Source of the DNA: an uncultured Campylobacterales bacterium
GTDB lineage: Bacteria > Campylobacterota > Campylobacteria > Campylobacterales > QNZT01
Direction: 5' to 3'
Assembly (NCBI GenBank): GCA_964560425.1
Contig: CAZLLE010000083.1
Span: 51,743 to 115,742, forward strand
DNA: 64,000 nucleotides
Below, one piece after another: positions 9,982 to 20,649 of the stretch; position 1 is the first letter of the stretch; each line of letters opens with the position of its first letter. Both the position numbers and the translations under genes were made by a program. Under the pieces are notes generated by a model. It did no database searches. It was not told where the DNA came from and was given only the letters and a program-made list of their open reading frames with translations.

Positions 9982-12038
9982 ATTTTTTCTACAAATGAAG
10001 CTAGAATATCCCTCTGCTTACCACTAAAGTTTATTTTAAGCATATACTCTCTCTTGATTTTATTTACACCCAATACTCTACCAATACCAAATAGTTTATG
10101 TTTAACTAGCGTTCCTTTTTTGTAACAGGTTGTTTTTTCTAGTTTTAGTGAACCTTTGACTACTCCCGCTTCTGCTAAAAATCTACTTTGAAGTAGTCCT
10201 GCCCTTTTTCCTCTATAAAAACGACTAGCGGAGCTACTAAGGGTGAGTTCATCTTTGGCTCTTGTAAATGCAACATAAGCTAATCTTCTCTCCTCTTCTA
10301 TATCGTTTCCATCTCCAATTAGTGGGAAAAATCCCTCCTCTAATCCTATGACAAAGATATGTTCAAACTCTAATCCTTTACTAGCATGAATACTCATGAG
10401 TGAAACACTTTCATCATCAATTTGGTCTTGATCACTTCTTAGAGATATCTCATTTAGAAAAATATCTAATGAGGCATCATCATTCATCTGCATAAAATCT
10501 TTGAATAGAGCATAAAACTCCTCTATGTTTAGAACTCTCTCTAGTGAATTTGGTAAAGATTCATAATATGCTCTAATTTTGAAACTCTCTTCTAATCTAT
10601 CCATAAGTTCTGAGATTGGCTCATTATCTAAACTCTCTTTTATTTTGAGTATATTTTCACTAAATGATATGAGAGAGGTAAATGCTTTTTTTGTAATTTT
10701 ATCTTTGATTTCATCTAAGTTGTTTGTAATAAAACTAAATATTGAACAGTTTTTCTCTTTTGCTCCAAAAGATAGTTTATCTATAGTTGCTTTTCCTATC
10801 CCTCTTTTTGGTTTATTGATTACTCGCTTGATCGAAAAGTTATCATGTACATTTGAAATTAGGCGAAGATAAGAGATTATATCTTTGATCTCAGCTCTTT
10901 CGTAAAATTTTAGACCACCTACCATTTTATAGGGAATACTATTTCTATTAAATGACTCCTCCAATGATCTACTGAGTGCATTTATTCTATATATAATAGC
11001 AATCTCTTTTGGATTAACTTTCTTGGTTAAAATAAGTTTTTTTATGTGATTTGCAATAATATGAGCTTCTGCATTTTCATCTTGTGAATGGATAATTGTA
11101 ATCTCTTTACCATCCTCTTTGGTACCAATAAGCACTTTTCCTAGTCTCGTTCTATTGTGTTCTATAAGGCTATTTGCAACTTTCAGTATATTATTTGTTG
11201 ATCTATAGTTTTTTTCTAGTTTAATTGTTTTTGTATTTGGAAAGATTTGGTTAAATTCTAAAATATTTTTGATATTTGCACCACGCCAGCCATAAATACT
11301 TTGATCATCATCACCTACTACACATAGATTTTTATGAGAAGTAGTAAGTTTTTCTAAAAGTTTAAATTGTAAATCATTTGTATCTTGGTACTCATCTACC
11401 ATGATATATTGATATTTTTGGCTAATCTCTCTTGCTAAAGTAGGGTTTTGCTCTAATATTTGATAAGGCAGAGCCAATAAATCTTCAAAATCAACCAAGT
11501 TATTTTGTTTCAGATAATCATCATACTGTTTATAAATAGCTGCAATTTTCTTGTAATTTGGAAGTTGAGCCCCACTAATTGCTCTTTCGGGGGTCATGAG
11601 ATTATTTTTAAATCTAGATATTTCACTAGCTATTGTGGGTATTGGTAGATCTACATCAAAACTTTTTATAATTCTTTTTTTATCGTCACTATCAATGATT
11701 ACAAAACTATTAGATCTATTTAGATGATTTATATGATGTTTTAGAAAAAGTAGCCCAAATTTATGAAATGTACATAAAAGTGGCGTATAAGATATATCTG
11801 AATCAATCAGTGAAAGAGCACGATGTCGCATCTCATTGGCTGCTTTATTAGTAAAGGTTAAAGTTAAAATTGAAGATGGATGAATACCATTGGCAATAAG
11901 ATATGCAACTCTTGATGTGACTGTCTTTGTTTTCCCACTTCCTGCCCCTGCTAAAATAAGCACAGGTCCATCTATTGTCTGTACAGCCTCTATTTGTGGT
12001 GCATTAAGTGTGTCAAAAATAGTTGCCATCTTCTCCAT
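9978..12038 (-). CDS. uvrD: ATP-dependent DNA helicase, UvrD/PcrA family
   Basis: Motifs seen are Walker A AGAGSGKT, MVDEYQDTN, VGDDDQSIYGWRGA, NYRS and VAFTRAK. Confidence 0.93.
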   Translation of the reverse strand: MEKMATIFDTLNAPQIEAVQTIDGPVLILAGAGSGKTKTVTSRVAYLIANGIHPSSILTLTFTNKAANEMRHRALSLIDSDISYTPLLCTFHKFGLLFLKHHINHLNRSNSFVIIDSDDKKRIIKSFDVDLPIPTIASEISRFKNNLMTPERAISGAQLPNYKKIAAIYKQYDDYLKQNNLVDFEDLLALPYQILEQNPTLAREISQKYQYIMVDEYQDTNDLQFKLLEKLTTSHKNLCVVGDDDQSIYGWRGANIKNILEFNQIFPNTKTIKLEKNYRSTNNILKVANSLIEHNRTRLGKVLIGTKEDGKEITIIHSQDENAEAHIIANHIKKLILTKKVNPKEIAIIYRINALSRSLEESFNRNSIPYKMVGGLKFYERAEIKDIISYLRLISNVHDNFSIKRVINKPKRGIGKATIDKLSFGAKEKNCSIFSFITNNLDEIKDKITKKAFTSLISFSENILKIKESLDNEPISELMDRLEESFKIRAYYESLPNSLERVLNIEEFYALFKDFMQMNDDASLDIFLNEISLRSDQDQIDDESVSLMSIHASKGLEFEHIFVIGLEEGFFPLIGDGNDIEEERRLAYVAFTRAKDELTLSSSASRFYRGKRAGLLQSRFLAEAGVVKGSLKLEKTTCYKKGTLVKHKLFGIGRVLGVNKIKREYMLKINFSGKQRDILASFVEKI

Positions 12039-12200
12039 TACAGAACTCTTTTTTGTTTTATTTAAATAGATTATATAAAAAAGCTAATAAAAGTTTTATT
12101 ATTTATTATTTAACAATACTTATAATTGAATTTAATATTATTTTTGGTTATGTTTCATTATAATATATAAATAAAATTGATAGTTAGATAGGAATAAATA

Positions 12201-13106
12201 ATGTTAAAAGATTTTGCAAAATTAGAGACTTTTTTGACAGTTGTGAAAGAGAGAAGTTTTTCAAAAGCGTCAAAAAAACTTGGAATTTCGCAACCAGCTG
12301 TGACACAACAAATTAAATGGTTAGAAGATTATTTAGATAATAGAATTGTTGAGAGAAAAAAGAATGGTATTACTCTAACAAAGACAGGAGAAGAGCTTTA
12401 TAGAGTTGCTTTGCGATTAGATAAGTGTGTCTCTGGAGTGGAAAAAGATATTATTCGTATTATTAATAAAGAGCTTACTTTTGTATTGGGGGCATCTTTT
12501 ACAATAGGTAATTATGTATTGCCTTATTGTGTTAATGATATAAAAGAGGCAATTAAAAATGAAGTTTTATTGGATATTAACTATTCTGGACATGTATTAG
12601 AAAAACTTATATATAAAAAAGTTGATTTGGCTCTTATTGAGTCTCCTATATTTTTAGATGGTTTAATTTATAAAGAGTGGTTAGAAGATGAATTGGTTCT
12701 TTTTAGTAACTCTAAGTTGCCTAAAAGTGTAAAAATAGAAGATTTAATGAACTTTAAATGGATATGTAGAGAAGAGGATTCTCATACTCGTAAAATTGTT
12801 TCAGATGCTTTTGCTGAAGCTGATATAAACTGTAGAAATTTTAATGTTGTTGGTACATTAACAAGTCAAACAGCAATTAAGCAGACTATTTTAAATGCAC
12901 CTGTTGATGTTAAGAGTCCAACAGTATCTCTATTATCAAAATTTGTAATTCAAGATGATTTGGATGCAGGAACTCTATACTATTCAACAATTAAAGGTAT
13001 TAAAATAAAAAGATCATTTTATGTAGTTTATCTCAAAGATAGAAAATATGATGCTTTTATTGCAAAAGTTTCTGATTTTATCATGGGTAGAAGTAGAAAA
13101 GCATAA
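12201..13106 (+). CDS. LysR-family transcriptional regulator
   Basis: The N-terminal wHTH reads FSKASKKLGISQPAVTQQIKWLE, and a substrate-binding-like C-terminus of about 200 aa follows. Confidence 0.9.
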   Translation: MLKDFAKLETFLTVVKERSFSKASKKLGISQPAVTQQIKWLEDYLDNRIVERKKNGITLTKTGEELYRVALRLDKCVSGVEKDIIRIINKELTFVLGASFTIGNYVLPYCVNDIKEAIKNEVLLDINYSGHVLEKLIYKKVDLALIESPIFLDGLIYKEWLEDELVLFSNSKLPKSVKIEDLMNFKWICREEDSHTRKIVSDAFAEADINCRNFNVVGTLTSQTAIKQTILNAPVDVKSPTVSLLSKFVIQDDLDAGTLYYSTIKGIKIKRSFYVVYLKDRKYDAFIAKVSDFIMGRSRKA

Positions 13107-13161
13107 GTACTTGACCAATATTAATTTGAAATTAATAATTGGCTAGGTAATTATTGAATTA

Positions 13162-13189
13162 GGGAAGTCAACTTGACTTCACCCTTTTT
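13162..13189 (+). terminator. stem-loop plus T-run after the LysR gene
   Basis: GGGAAGTC-AACTT-GACTTCACCC is followed by TTTTT. It overlaps the stop of the convergent minus-strand gene. Confidence 0.5.
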
Positions 13190-13640
13190 AGTGAAAATTG
13201 CTTTTTACAATATTTTTATTTTCTGGATTTGATAAAAAGATATTTGTTGACTTTTTGATTGACTCTTTTTTTGATTCTCTATTTTGAGCTATTGCTAGAT
13301 TGATAAATATTGGTGTATCATCTACAAGTATTTGTACGATAGAGTTTAGTGGCACAGAGACATAGCTTCCAACATTATCTTTACCGAAACCTGCCTCAAA
13401 ATATAAATTATCATCATCTATACTAGAACTCTCAAATGTATAATCGGCGATTATAAACAGAGTGATTGGTTTAAGAGAAGAACTAATTTCATTTGGTAAT
13501 GGTGGATTAAAATATACATTTGTAATATTTGTTAAAATTGAAAAAAATTGACCCTTCTTCATCAGTAATTCAATAATTTCACTTGTGTGCAACTTCATTA
13601 AGTTTGAAAACTCTTCGTCATTAATGATTCTATTTGTCAT
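13188..13640 (-). CDS. SspB-like ClpXP adaptor (tentative)
   Basis: The pattern NLYFEAGFGKDNVGSYVSVPLNSIVQIL parallels E. coli SspB EVRFNARFGGIPRQVSVPLAAVLAIY. Size (150 aa) is compatible. The call rests on pattern similarity only. Confidence 0.45.
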   Translation of the reverse strand: MTNRIINDEEFSNLMKLHTSEIIELLMKKGQFFSILTNITNVYFNPPLPNEISSSLKPITLFIIADYTFESSSIDDDNLYFEAGFGKDNVGSYVSVPLNSIVQILVDDTPIFINLAIAQNRESKKESIKKSTNIFLSNPENKNIVKSNFH

Positions 13641-13649
13641 TTCTTTACC

Positions 13650-14243
13650 CTAATATATAAACTTGGCATTTTTAACCTCATGAAAGCCTATTATAGCGTT
13701 CATGATAGCAAAACCAGTATAGTTTTCTACTTCTTTAATTCTAACATTTTTTTCTAAAATTAGTTTATGTTTTAATAAATATTCTCTATAAGTTCCCCTA
13801 AAAAGGGGTGTTTTGGGTGTAATCCACACACTTCCATCAAAAAATGCAATATTTGCAATTGAAGTATCGGTAAGTAATTCATTCTTTACCATGATGATAT
13901 CATGACAAGTTTCTTTTTGCTTAAAAAGTAAATCTATTTCTTTTCTGTTGGTACTTTTATAAGTATATTTTATATTGGTATTAATTAATTTAAAAGATTG
14001 AAATTCTCTTTTAACTATAGGATGAAATTCTACTTTTTCTATCTCTTTTGTATATAAGATTTTGCAACGATAATTTCTATTTTTAGATGCAATAGTGATA
14101 TATTGTGATAAGTTTATATCTGTTGTAATATTAAAATTTTCTAAAATAGTTCTATTTAATCTAGTATTATGTAGATCCAGATTTTGAATAATACCATTTT
14201 CAATTTTTAGTGTTTCAAAAAAAAGGGACATAAACTTTCTCAC
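13650..14243 (-). CDS. pabC: aminodeoxychorismate lyase-like protein (class IV aminotransferase fold, short form)
   Basis: The N-terminus reads [23 protein letters not shown]. It is translationally coupled to the chorismate-binding enzyme upstream by a 29-nt overlap. Confidence 0.55.
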   Translation of the reverse strand: MRKFMSLFFETLKIENGIIQNLDLHNTRLNRTILENFNITTDINLSQYITIASKNRNYRCKILYTKEIEKVEFHPIVKREFQSFKLINTNIKYTYKSTNRKEIDLLFKQKETCHDIIMVKNELLTDTSIANIAFFDGSVWITPKTPLFRGTYREYLLKHKLILEKNVRIKEVENYTGFAIMNAIIGFHEVKNAKFIY

Positions 14244-15162
14244 ACATCTCTTTATACTCCTCTTTAATATTACTATCTATTGTAATACCTCCACCACTTT
14301 TGTAGATCAATTGATCCCCATTGCGTTCAATAAAACGAATCATGACACTACTATCAAGACTATTTCCATCAAAAACACCAAAAATACCGCTAAAAAAACC
14401 TCTATTATAATTTTCAATCTCTTTAATAATTTGAGTTGTTCTCTTTTTTGGAGTACCTGTAATAGAGCCTGCTGGAAGTAAAGTTGTAATAATATCACCT
14501 AATCTATCTTGCCAACTCTCCTCTAACTCTCCATGAATTTTTGAACTCACTTGCAATAATTCTCTTTCCCCTGCTTTTATCTTTTCGATATAACGAAATT
14601 TATCTACACGAACTTTTTTTGAAACCATTGATAGATCATTTCTCAAAAGATCAACAACCATGACATGTTCTGCCATCTCTTTTTGATTATTTAAAATTTT
14701 ATCTTGTGCATTTGGGATTTTTGCGTCAATTGTCCCTTTCATAGGATATGTATATATTTTGTTATCTTTGATCTCTATAAATCTCTCAGGAGAGAAGCAT
14801 ATAAATTGATCTTTGAAATATAGTTTAAATTTTGCATCTGTGTAGTGGTATAACTCTTTTAATGAGTAGTCTATATTGATATTAGAGGGACATGTTAAAT
14901 TTGTGAGATAACTATTCCCTTTTTTGATATGTAGTTGCAGTTTATCAAACGCTTTTTTATATTTTTGAAACGCTATTGGTTTAAACGAGTATGCTTTTTT
15001 TTTATCTTTTATCTCTATATTTTTTTTATCTATCGAAAATAGAATATCTTGATCTATATCTTTTAGAGGGATAATATCGTAGTTTTTTAGCTCAAAATCA
15101 ATAACAAAAAAAGATGGTTCTCTCCTTTTGCCATAAAAATTTAATTTATCTTTAATGCTCAA
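14215..15162 (-). CDS. pabB: aminodeoxychorismate synthase component I (chorismate-binding enzyme, short form)
   Basis: Chorismate-binding motifs are [23 protein letters not shown] and GGGITIDS. Confidence 0.8.
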   Translation of the reverse strand: MSIKDKLNFYGKRREPSFFVIDFELKNYDIIPLKDIDQDILFSIDKKNIEIKDKKKAYSFKPIAFQKYKKAFDKLQLHIKKGNSYLTNLTCPSNINIDYSLKELYHYTDAKFKLYFKDQFICFSPERFIEIKDNKIYTYPMKGTIDAKIPNAQDKILNNQKEMAEHVMVVDLLRNDLSMVSKKVRVDKFRYIEKIKAGERELLQVSSKIHGELEESWQDRLGDIITTLLPAGSITGTPKKRTTQIIKEIENYNRGFFSGIFGVFDGNSLDSSVMIRFIERNGDQLIYKSGGGITIDSNIKEEYKEMCEKVYVPFF

Positions 15163-16033
15163 TAAGCTTTTCCAAAGTAGCCATTCTTACAAAAAGACCA
15201 TTTTTGACCTGTTGTAAAACTTTACATCTAGGATCTTCCAACATTTTATCATCAATATCAATATTTCTATTTACAGGTCCAGGGTGAAGTAGTAAAATAT
15301 CTCTATCTTTCATTATCTCTTTGGTAATACAGTAATCTTGTGCATAATCTTTTAAAGATGCATATATTTGGTTACTATGTCTCTCTGTTTGTGTACGAAG
15401 GCTCATAATAATATCTACATTTTCTACTGTTTTGTGCAGATCAAAACTTTTTTTGAGATGTGTAGTATGTGGTAAAAAATGAGGGGGTGCTACAAGTGTG
15501 ATATCTATACCAAATCTACTGAGGAGTTCAATGTTACTATTTGCAACACGAGAGTTTTTGATATCTCCTACAATTGCTATCTTTTTGCCACTAATATCTT
15601 CAAAGTTAAAGTGTTCTTTGATTGTAAAAAGATCAAGTAGTGCTTGTGTAGGGTGTGCATGAGCCCCATCTCCACCATTTAAAATAGGGCAATTTACATA
15701 ATTTGATAAAATTTTTGGAACACCAGCATCTTTGTGTCTGACTACAATGGCATCTGGTTCCATTGCATCTAAGTTTTGTGCTGTATCAAAAAGTGTTTCA
15801 CCTTTGGCTGTTGAACTTTTGGAAACATCTAGACTTACTACAGAAGCTCCTAATCTTTTTGCAGCAATTTCAAAACTACTTCTTGTTCTTGTGGAGTTTT
15901 CAAAAAATATAGTAATAATTAATTTTCCATCTAAAGTTTTAAGGTGTTTTAATTTTTTTAACTCTTTAGCTCTTGTAAATATCTCTTCGACTTCTTCTAT
16001 GCTCAAATCATTGGTATTGGTTAAGTGTTTCAT
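15152..16033 (-). CDS. pyrB: aspartate carbamoyltransferase catalytic subunit
   Basis: Motifs seen are [21 protein letters not shown] and HPGPVNR. Confidence 0.95.
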   Translation of the reverse strand: MKHLTNTNDLSIEEVEEIFTRAKELKKLKHLKTLDGKLIITIFFENSTRTRSSFEIAAKRLGASVVSLDVSKSSTAKGETLFDTAQNLDAMEPDAIVVRHKDAGVPKILSNYVNCPILNGGDGAHAHPTQALLDLFTIKEHFNFEDISGKKIAIVGDIKNSRVANSNIELLSRFGIDITLVAPPHFLPHTTHLKKSFDLHKTVENVDIIMSLRTQTERHSNQIYASLKDYAQDYCITKEIMKDRDILLLHPGPVNRNIDIDDKMLEDPRCKVLQQVKNGLFVRMATLEKLIEH

Positions 16034-16143
16034 ATTGTTATTATAGCAGTTAGAACTAAATTAATTTATAACAATTTCACAATTTATTCACAAAAAAAGT
16101 TTACAATTAGAATGTAAGTAATAAAATACTTGGGAGGAAAATA

Positions 16144-16692
16144 GTGAAAAAGCAAATTTTATTAACTTTAATATTTATTTTATCTTTGGGAGCGGAGAGT
16201 TTAACATATACAGAATATGTAAGTGTTCAATCTTCAACACCAGAGTATCAGCAGAGTAATAGTCGTGTACCATATCAAGAGTGTTATAATAGAAGGGTTC
16301 CTGTGAGCTCTTATAGTAGTCATTCAAATAATTATAATCAACAACAAGCTACATCTTCTGCCATTGTTGGTGGTGCTTTGGGTGGTGTGATTGGTCATCA
16401 GTTTGGTAGTGGTAGAGGTAAAGATGCTGCTACAATTGGTGGTGCTATTTTGGGAACTCTTGTAGCTGGAAATGCAGCAAGAGATCAATATAATAGCAAT
16501 TATAACCCTCAATATGCTCAATCTTCGCAATATCAAACAAAAAGAGAGTGTGTAACTAAATATAGATACCAATCACAACAGAGAGTTTTTGTTGGGTATA
16601 AAAATGTTGCTTATTATAAGGGTAGAAAAATTGTTAAGTATAGTGAACGCCGTTTGAGTAGTATTCCTATTCGGGTGACAATAGATTATTAG
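16144..16692 (+). CDS. glycine-zipper (Rick_17kDa_Anti-like) outer-membrane or secreted protein
   Basis: A signal peptide is present. The Gly-zipper reads AIVGGALGGVIGHQFGSGRGKDAATIGGAILGTLVAG. Q/Y/N-rich flanks surround it. Confidence 0.7.
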   Translation: MKKQILLTLIFILSLGAESLTYTEYVSVQSSTPEYQQSNSRVPYQECYNRRVPVSSYSSHSNNYNQQQATSSAIVGGALGGVIGHQFGSGRGKDAATIGGAILGTLVAGNAARDQYNSNYNPQYAQSSQYQTKRECVTKYRYQSQQRVFVGYKNVAYYKGRKIVKYSERRLSSIPIRVTIDY

Positions 16693-17314
16693 CAATATTT
16701 TCTATATCTTTTTGCACGGTTAATACCCTCTCAAACTTCTCTTGAAAGTAGGGTAAGCTTACTTGGTCAAAAGAGCTATTTTTCTCTTTTAAGTTTACAC
16801 ACCAAGTAAAAGGTATAGCTCTACTCTCTAGTGCTTCTATAGAGAGTAGAGTATTGTTAATACACCCTAGTTTTTCATCAGTGATGAGAAGCGTGGAGGT
16901 TACTTTAAAATAGTTGGCTAAATCAATCATATAGTAGTTTTTTTCTATAGGAGTTAAAAGTCCCCCAGCACTCTCAATTAGTAAAATATCACAATGCTTT
17001 GATAGTTTATCGAAAGCTTGAGCTATCTTTGAAAACTCTATTTTACTTTTTCCTTTTGATACATAGGGTGCAGCAGGTAATTGATATGTAATGGGTGCGA
17101 CATCTTTTATGTTTATGTTATTAAAATTTTTATTGTAGATTTGACAATTATCTAAGAGCAGTTGTGCATCATAAGCTATCTCTTGTACTCCTGTTTCAAT
17201 AGGTTTAAAAACACCAACTTGAAAACCTCTTTTAGATAGCTCTGCTATCAATTTTATTGTCGTGTATGTTTTGCCAATGTCTGTGTTAGTTGCCGTGATA
17301 AGTATAGATTTCAT
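16667..17314 (-). CDS. bioD: dethiobiotin synthase
   Basis: The P-loop reads ITATNTDIGKTY and IESAGGLLTP is also present. Its 3' end overlaps the convergent gene by 26 nt. Confidence 0.88.
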   Translation of the reverse strand: MKSILITATNTDIGKTYTTIKLIAELSKRGFQVGVFKPIETGVQEIAYDAQLLLDNCQIYNKNFNNINIKDVAPITYQLPAAPYVSKGKSKIEFSKIAQAFDKLSKHCDILLIESAGGLLTPIEKNYYMIDLANYFKVTSTLLITDEKLGCINNTLLSIEALESRAIPFTWCVNLKEKNSSFDQVSLPYFQEKFERVLTVQKDIENIANNLLSPE

Positions 17315-17439
17315 CTGAAAATATTACCAAATTACAAGTTAGAGCAAAATTTTTAACAATTAAATATTTCTATTTACCCTTTATATAAAAAATAGAGTAT
17401 ACTTTGTGTAATTAATATGATAAAAAGAAGGGTAGACTA

Positions 17440-17745
17440 TTGGGGTACAAAAATAGTGAAGAAGTCAGTTCTCAGAGCCAAGAAGAGATTTTGAGCTTAA
17501 AAAGGTATAAAGTAGTTCTACTAAATGACGATTTTACAAGCATGGACTTTGTAGTTGAAGTTTTGATGGAACTGTTTGACCATACAGTAGATAGTGCCAT
17601 CAATATTATGCTCCAGATTCATAGATCAGGTAGAGGTGTTTGTGGTGTTTATACCTATGAAATTGCTGAAACTAAAATCTTGCAGGTCGAGAAGCGTGCT
17701 AAAAAAAATGAATATCCATTAAAAGCCATTATGGAGGAAGAATAA
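17440..17745 (+). CDS. clpS: ATP-dependent Clp protease adaptor ClpS
   Basis: YKVVLLNDDFTSMDFVVEVL...IMLQIHRSGRGVCGVYTYEIAETK matches ClpS. TTG start. Confidence 0.93.
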   Translation: MGYKNSEEVSSQSQEEILSLKRYKVVLLNDDFTSMDFVVEVLMELFDHTVDSAINIMLQIHRSGRGVCGVYTYEIAETKILQVEKRAKKNEYPLKAIMEEE

Positions 17746-17749
17746 TTAT

Positions 17750-19957
17750 ATGTTAAATAAAGAGTTAAATTCAGTACTAAATGAGGCTTTAGAATTTGCT
17801 AAGAAGAGTAGGCATGAGTATGTAACTATTGAACATGTTTTCTATTCGTTGTTGACAAATGAACAAGCAATTGCGGTGTTAAAAAAATGTGGTGCTGATA
17901 CAGCTTTTTTATATGAGAGAATTAAAACACATCTTGATTCTGTATTTAAACCACTCCCAGAAGATAATTATCATGATCCATTTGAGACTGTTGCATTAGC
18001 AAGAGTGATTGATAATATGATTACACATATAAAGGGAGCAGATAAAAAACAGGCTAATGTTGGTGATCTATTAGCTGCTCTTTTTGAAGAAGAGAGATCT
18101 TATAGTGTCTATCTTCTTAAGCAACAAGGTGTATCAAGATTAAATATCTTAGAGGGTATTACAGAAGAGAAACATAAAGAGGATAGTTTAATTGAGCCTA
18201 AAGAGGATGGCGAATTAGCGAACTACACTATTAATCTAAATGAACTTGCAAGAAAAGGTAAAATTGACCCTGTGATTGGTCGAGAAGATGAACTTAGTCG
18301 TGTAATGCAAGTTTTGTGTAGAAGAAAGAAAAATAATCCTCTTTTAGTTGGTGAGCCTGGTGTTGGTAAAACAGCAGTTATTGAGGGTTTGGCTCTTAAA
18401 ATTATTAATGATGAAACACCTGATATTTTAAAAGGTGCAACACTTTTCTCTCTTGATATTGGTGGATTATTATCGGGTACCAAATATAGAGGTGATTTTG
18501 AAAAGAGACTCAAGGGTGTATTGAATGAGCTTGAAGAGATAGAAAACTCTGTCTTATTTATTGATGAGATTCATACTATTGTAGGAGCAGGCTCAACAAG
18601 TGGTGGTTCTATGGATCTATCAAACCTTCTTAAACCTGCTCTTGCATCGGGAAATATTAAATGTATTGGTGCTACGACATATAGTGAGTATAGAAGTTTT
18701 TTTGATAAAGATAAGGCACTAAGTCGTAGATTTGCAAAAGTAGATATTGATGAACCAACAATTGAAGATGCCTTTAAGATTGTTGTTGGTCTTAAAGATA
18801 AATATGAATCACATCATAATATTACTTATACAAATAAAGCTCTTAGAAGTTCAGTTGAACTTGCAAAAAAATATATTAATGATAGATTTTTGCCAGATTC
18901 AGCAATTGATTTGATTGATGAGGTTGGAGCTTCATTTCATATCCAAACACATGAAAGAAAGAGTGTAACAGTAAGAGATATTGAAGCAATTGTTGCAAAA
19001 ATGGCAAATATTCCGAGTCGTCAAGTTAATTCTGATGATAGAGATATATTAAAAAATCTTGAAGAAGAGTTAAAATCTAAAGTCTTTGGGCAAGATGAAG
19101 CAATTGTACAACTATCAAAAGCTGTAAAAAGAGGTAGAGCAGGGCTTGGTAAGCCAGAGTCTCCTATTGGATCATTTCTTTTTGCTGGACCTACAGGTGT
19201 TGGAAAAACTGAAGTTGCAAAGCAGTTATCTACTACACTTGGCATTCATTTTGAGAGATTTGATATGAGTGAATATATGGAGAAACATACAGTTAGTAGA
19301 CTTATTGGTGCTCCTCCTGGATATGTTGGATATGAAGAGGGTGGTCAGCTTACTGAGTCTGTAAGAAAACATCCTTATACTGTTTTACTTTTGGATGAGA
19401 TTGAAAAAGCACACCCTGATGTATTGAATATTTTACTTCAAGTAATGGATAATGCTACGCTGACAGATAATAATGGCGTAAAAACTGATTTTAGAAATGT
19501 TATTATTATTATGACTTCAAATTTGGGTGTTGCAGCTGCTCCAAAAGTTGGATTCCAAAAAGATGAGACGCATAAAACTGATAGTGCTATTAATGAATTT
19601 TTTGCTCCTGAATTTAGAAATAGATTAGATGCTGTCGTTCACTTTAAACCTCTTGGTAGAGATGTTATGATTAATATTGTTGAAAAACAGTTAATTGAAC
19701 TAGAGATGCTTCTAAAAGATAAAAAAGTTAGAATAGAAGCAACTACAAATGCAAAAGATTATTTTGCACAAAAAGGTTATAGTTCAACACTTGGTGCTAG
19801 GGTTATGGCTCGAATTATTCAAGATGAGGTAAAAACTCCATTGACTGATGAGGTTCTATTTGGTAAGTTGAGAAGTGGTGGTGTTGTGAAGCTTGATATG
19901 AAAGATGATAATCTTATTATTAGTTATGAGAGTGATAAAGAGATGGCGGTAATGTAG
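17750..19957 (+). CDS. clpA: ATP-dependent Clp protease ATP-binding subunit ClpA
   Basis: Two AAA+ modules are present (GEPGVGKT and GPTGVGKT) after a Clp N-domain. It lies immediately after clpS. Confidence 0.95.
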   Translation: MLNKELNSVLNEALEFAKKSRHEYVTIEHVFYSLLTNEQAIAVLKKCGADTAFLYERIKTHLDSVFKPLPEDNYHDPFETVALARVIDNMITHIKGADKKQANVGDLLAALFEEERSYSVYLLKQQGVSRLNILEGITEEKHKEDSLIEPKEDGELANYTINLNELARKGKIDPVIGREDELSRVMQVLCRRKKNNPLLVGEPGVGKTAVIEGLALKIINDETPDILKGATLFSLDIGGLLSGTKYRGDFEKRLKGVLNELEEIENSVLFIDEIHTIVGAGSTSGGSMDLSNLLKPALASGNIKCIGATTYSEYRSFFDKDKALSRRFAKVDIDEPTIEDAFKIVVGLKDKYESHHNITYTNKALRSSVELAKKYINDRFLPDSAIDLIDEVGASFHIQTHERKSVTVRDIEAIVAKMANIPSRQVNSDDRDILKNLEEELKSKVFGQDEAIVQLSKAVKRGRAGLGKPESPIGSFLFAGPTGVGKTEVAKQLSTTLGIHFERFDMSEYMEKHTVSRLIGAPPGYVGYEEGGQLTESVRKHPYTVLLLDEIEKAHPDVLNILLQVMDNATLTDNNGVKTDFRNVIIIMTSNLGVAAAPKVGFQKDETHKTDSAINEFFAPEFRNRLDAVVHFKPLGRDVMINIVEKQLIELEMLLKDKKVRIEATTNAKDYFAQKGYSSTLGARVMARIIQDEVKTPLTDEVLFGKLRSGGVVKLDMKDDNLIISYESDKEMAVM

Positions 19958-19960
19958 TTT

Positions 19961-20599
19961 TTGATTCCTCAAATTAATCGTTTTAGTCATGTATTTCCGG
20001 ATCCAAGCCAAACTTCCAAAGAGGGATTAGTGGCTTGGGGTGGAGATCTAAATCCGAATCGTATTATGGCAGCATACCTAAAGGGTATTTTCCCATGGTA
20101 CAATGAAAATGATCCTATTCTATGGTGGAGTCCAGATCCACGACTTATTCTCTATCCTCAAGATATTAAAATCTCAAAAAGTTTAAAAAGAAGTATGAAA
20201 TCTTATGAAATTCGTATCAATACAAATTTTGAAGCTGTAATTAGAAAATGCCAAGAAGTTCGTCTAGGTGAAGATGGTGGCACATGGATTTTAGAAGAGA
20301 TTATTGAGGCATATATGGAGCTTCATGAGTTAGGATTTGCCAAATCTTTTGAAACTTACTATCAAGGAGAACTTGTTGGTGGTCTTTATGGTATAGATTT
20401 GGGGAGTGTTTTTTGTGGTGAATCTATGTTTCAAATAAGAAGTGATGCCTCTAAAGCTGCTTTAGTTCATCTATCAAATTATTGTTTAGAGAATCAATAT
20501 AACTGTATTGATTGTCAAGTTCCTTCAGATCATCTCAAATCAATGGGAGCAATAGAGATCAATCGGGATGATTTTTTTAAACTTTTACCTTCTCTTTAA
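19961..20599 (+). CDS. aat: leucyl/phenylalanyl-tRNA--protein transferase
   Basis: Motifs seen are GIFPWYNE...PILWWSPDPR and FCGESMF. TTG start. It completes an N-degron module with clpS and clpA. Confidence 0.92.
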   Translation: MIPQINRFSHVFPDPSQTSKEGLVAWGGDLNPNRIMAAYLKGIFPWYNENDPILWWSPDPRLILYPQDIKISKSLKRSMKSYEIRINTNFEAVIRKCQEVRLGEDGGTWILEEIIEAYMELHELGFAKSFETYYQGELVGGLYGIDLGSVFCGESMFQIRSDASKAALVHLSNYCLENQYNCIDCQVPSDHLKSMGAIEINRDDFFKLLPSL

Positions 20600-20649
20600 A
20601 TAAAAATTCAATTTTGACGATTTAACCCTATACAATAATAATAGGGATT

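Noticed and set aside
10579-10872. + strand ORF inside the uvrD/pcrA gene, and similar antisense ORFs in clpA (18223-18513, 19021-19245), rho (40133-40585, 41121-41306), dnaX (38658-38996), secD/secF (32761-32946, 33613-33855), dnaJ (35690-35986), pyrB (15732-16046) and others
   Set aside because: All lie antisense to genes with strong family signatures. Their S/L/I/F-rich translations are typical of reverse frames in AT-rich DNA.
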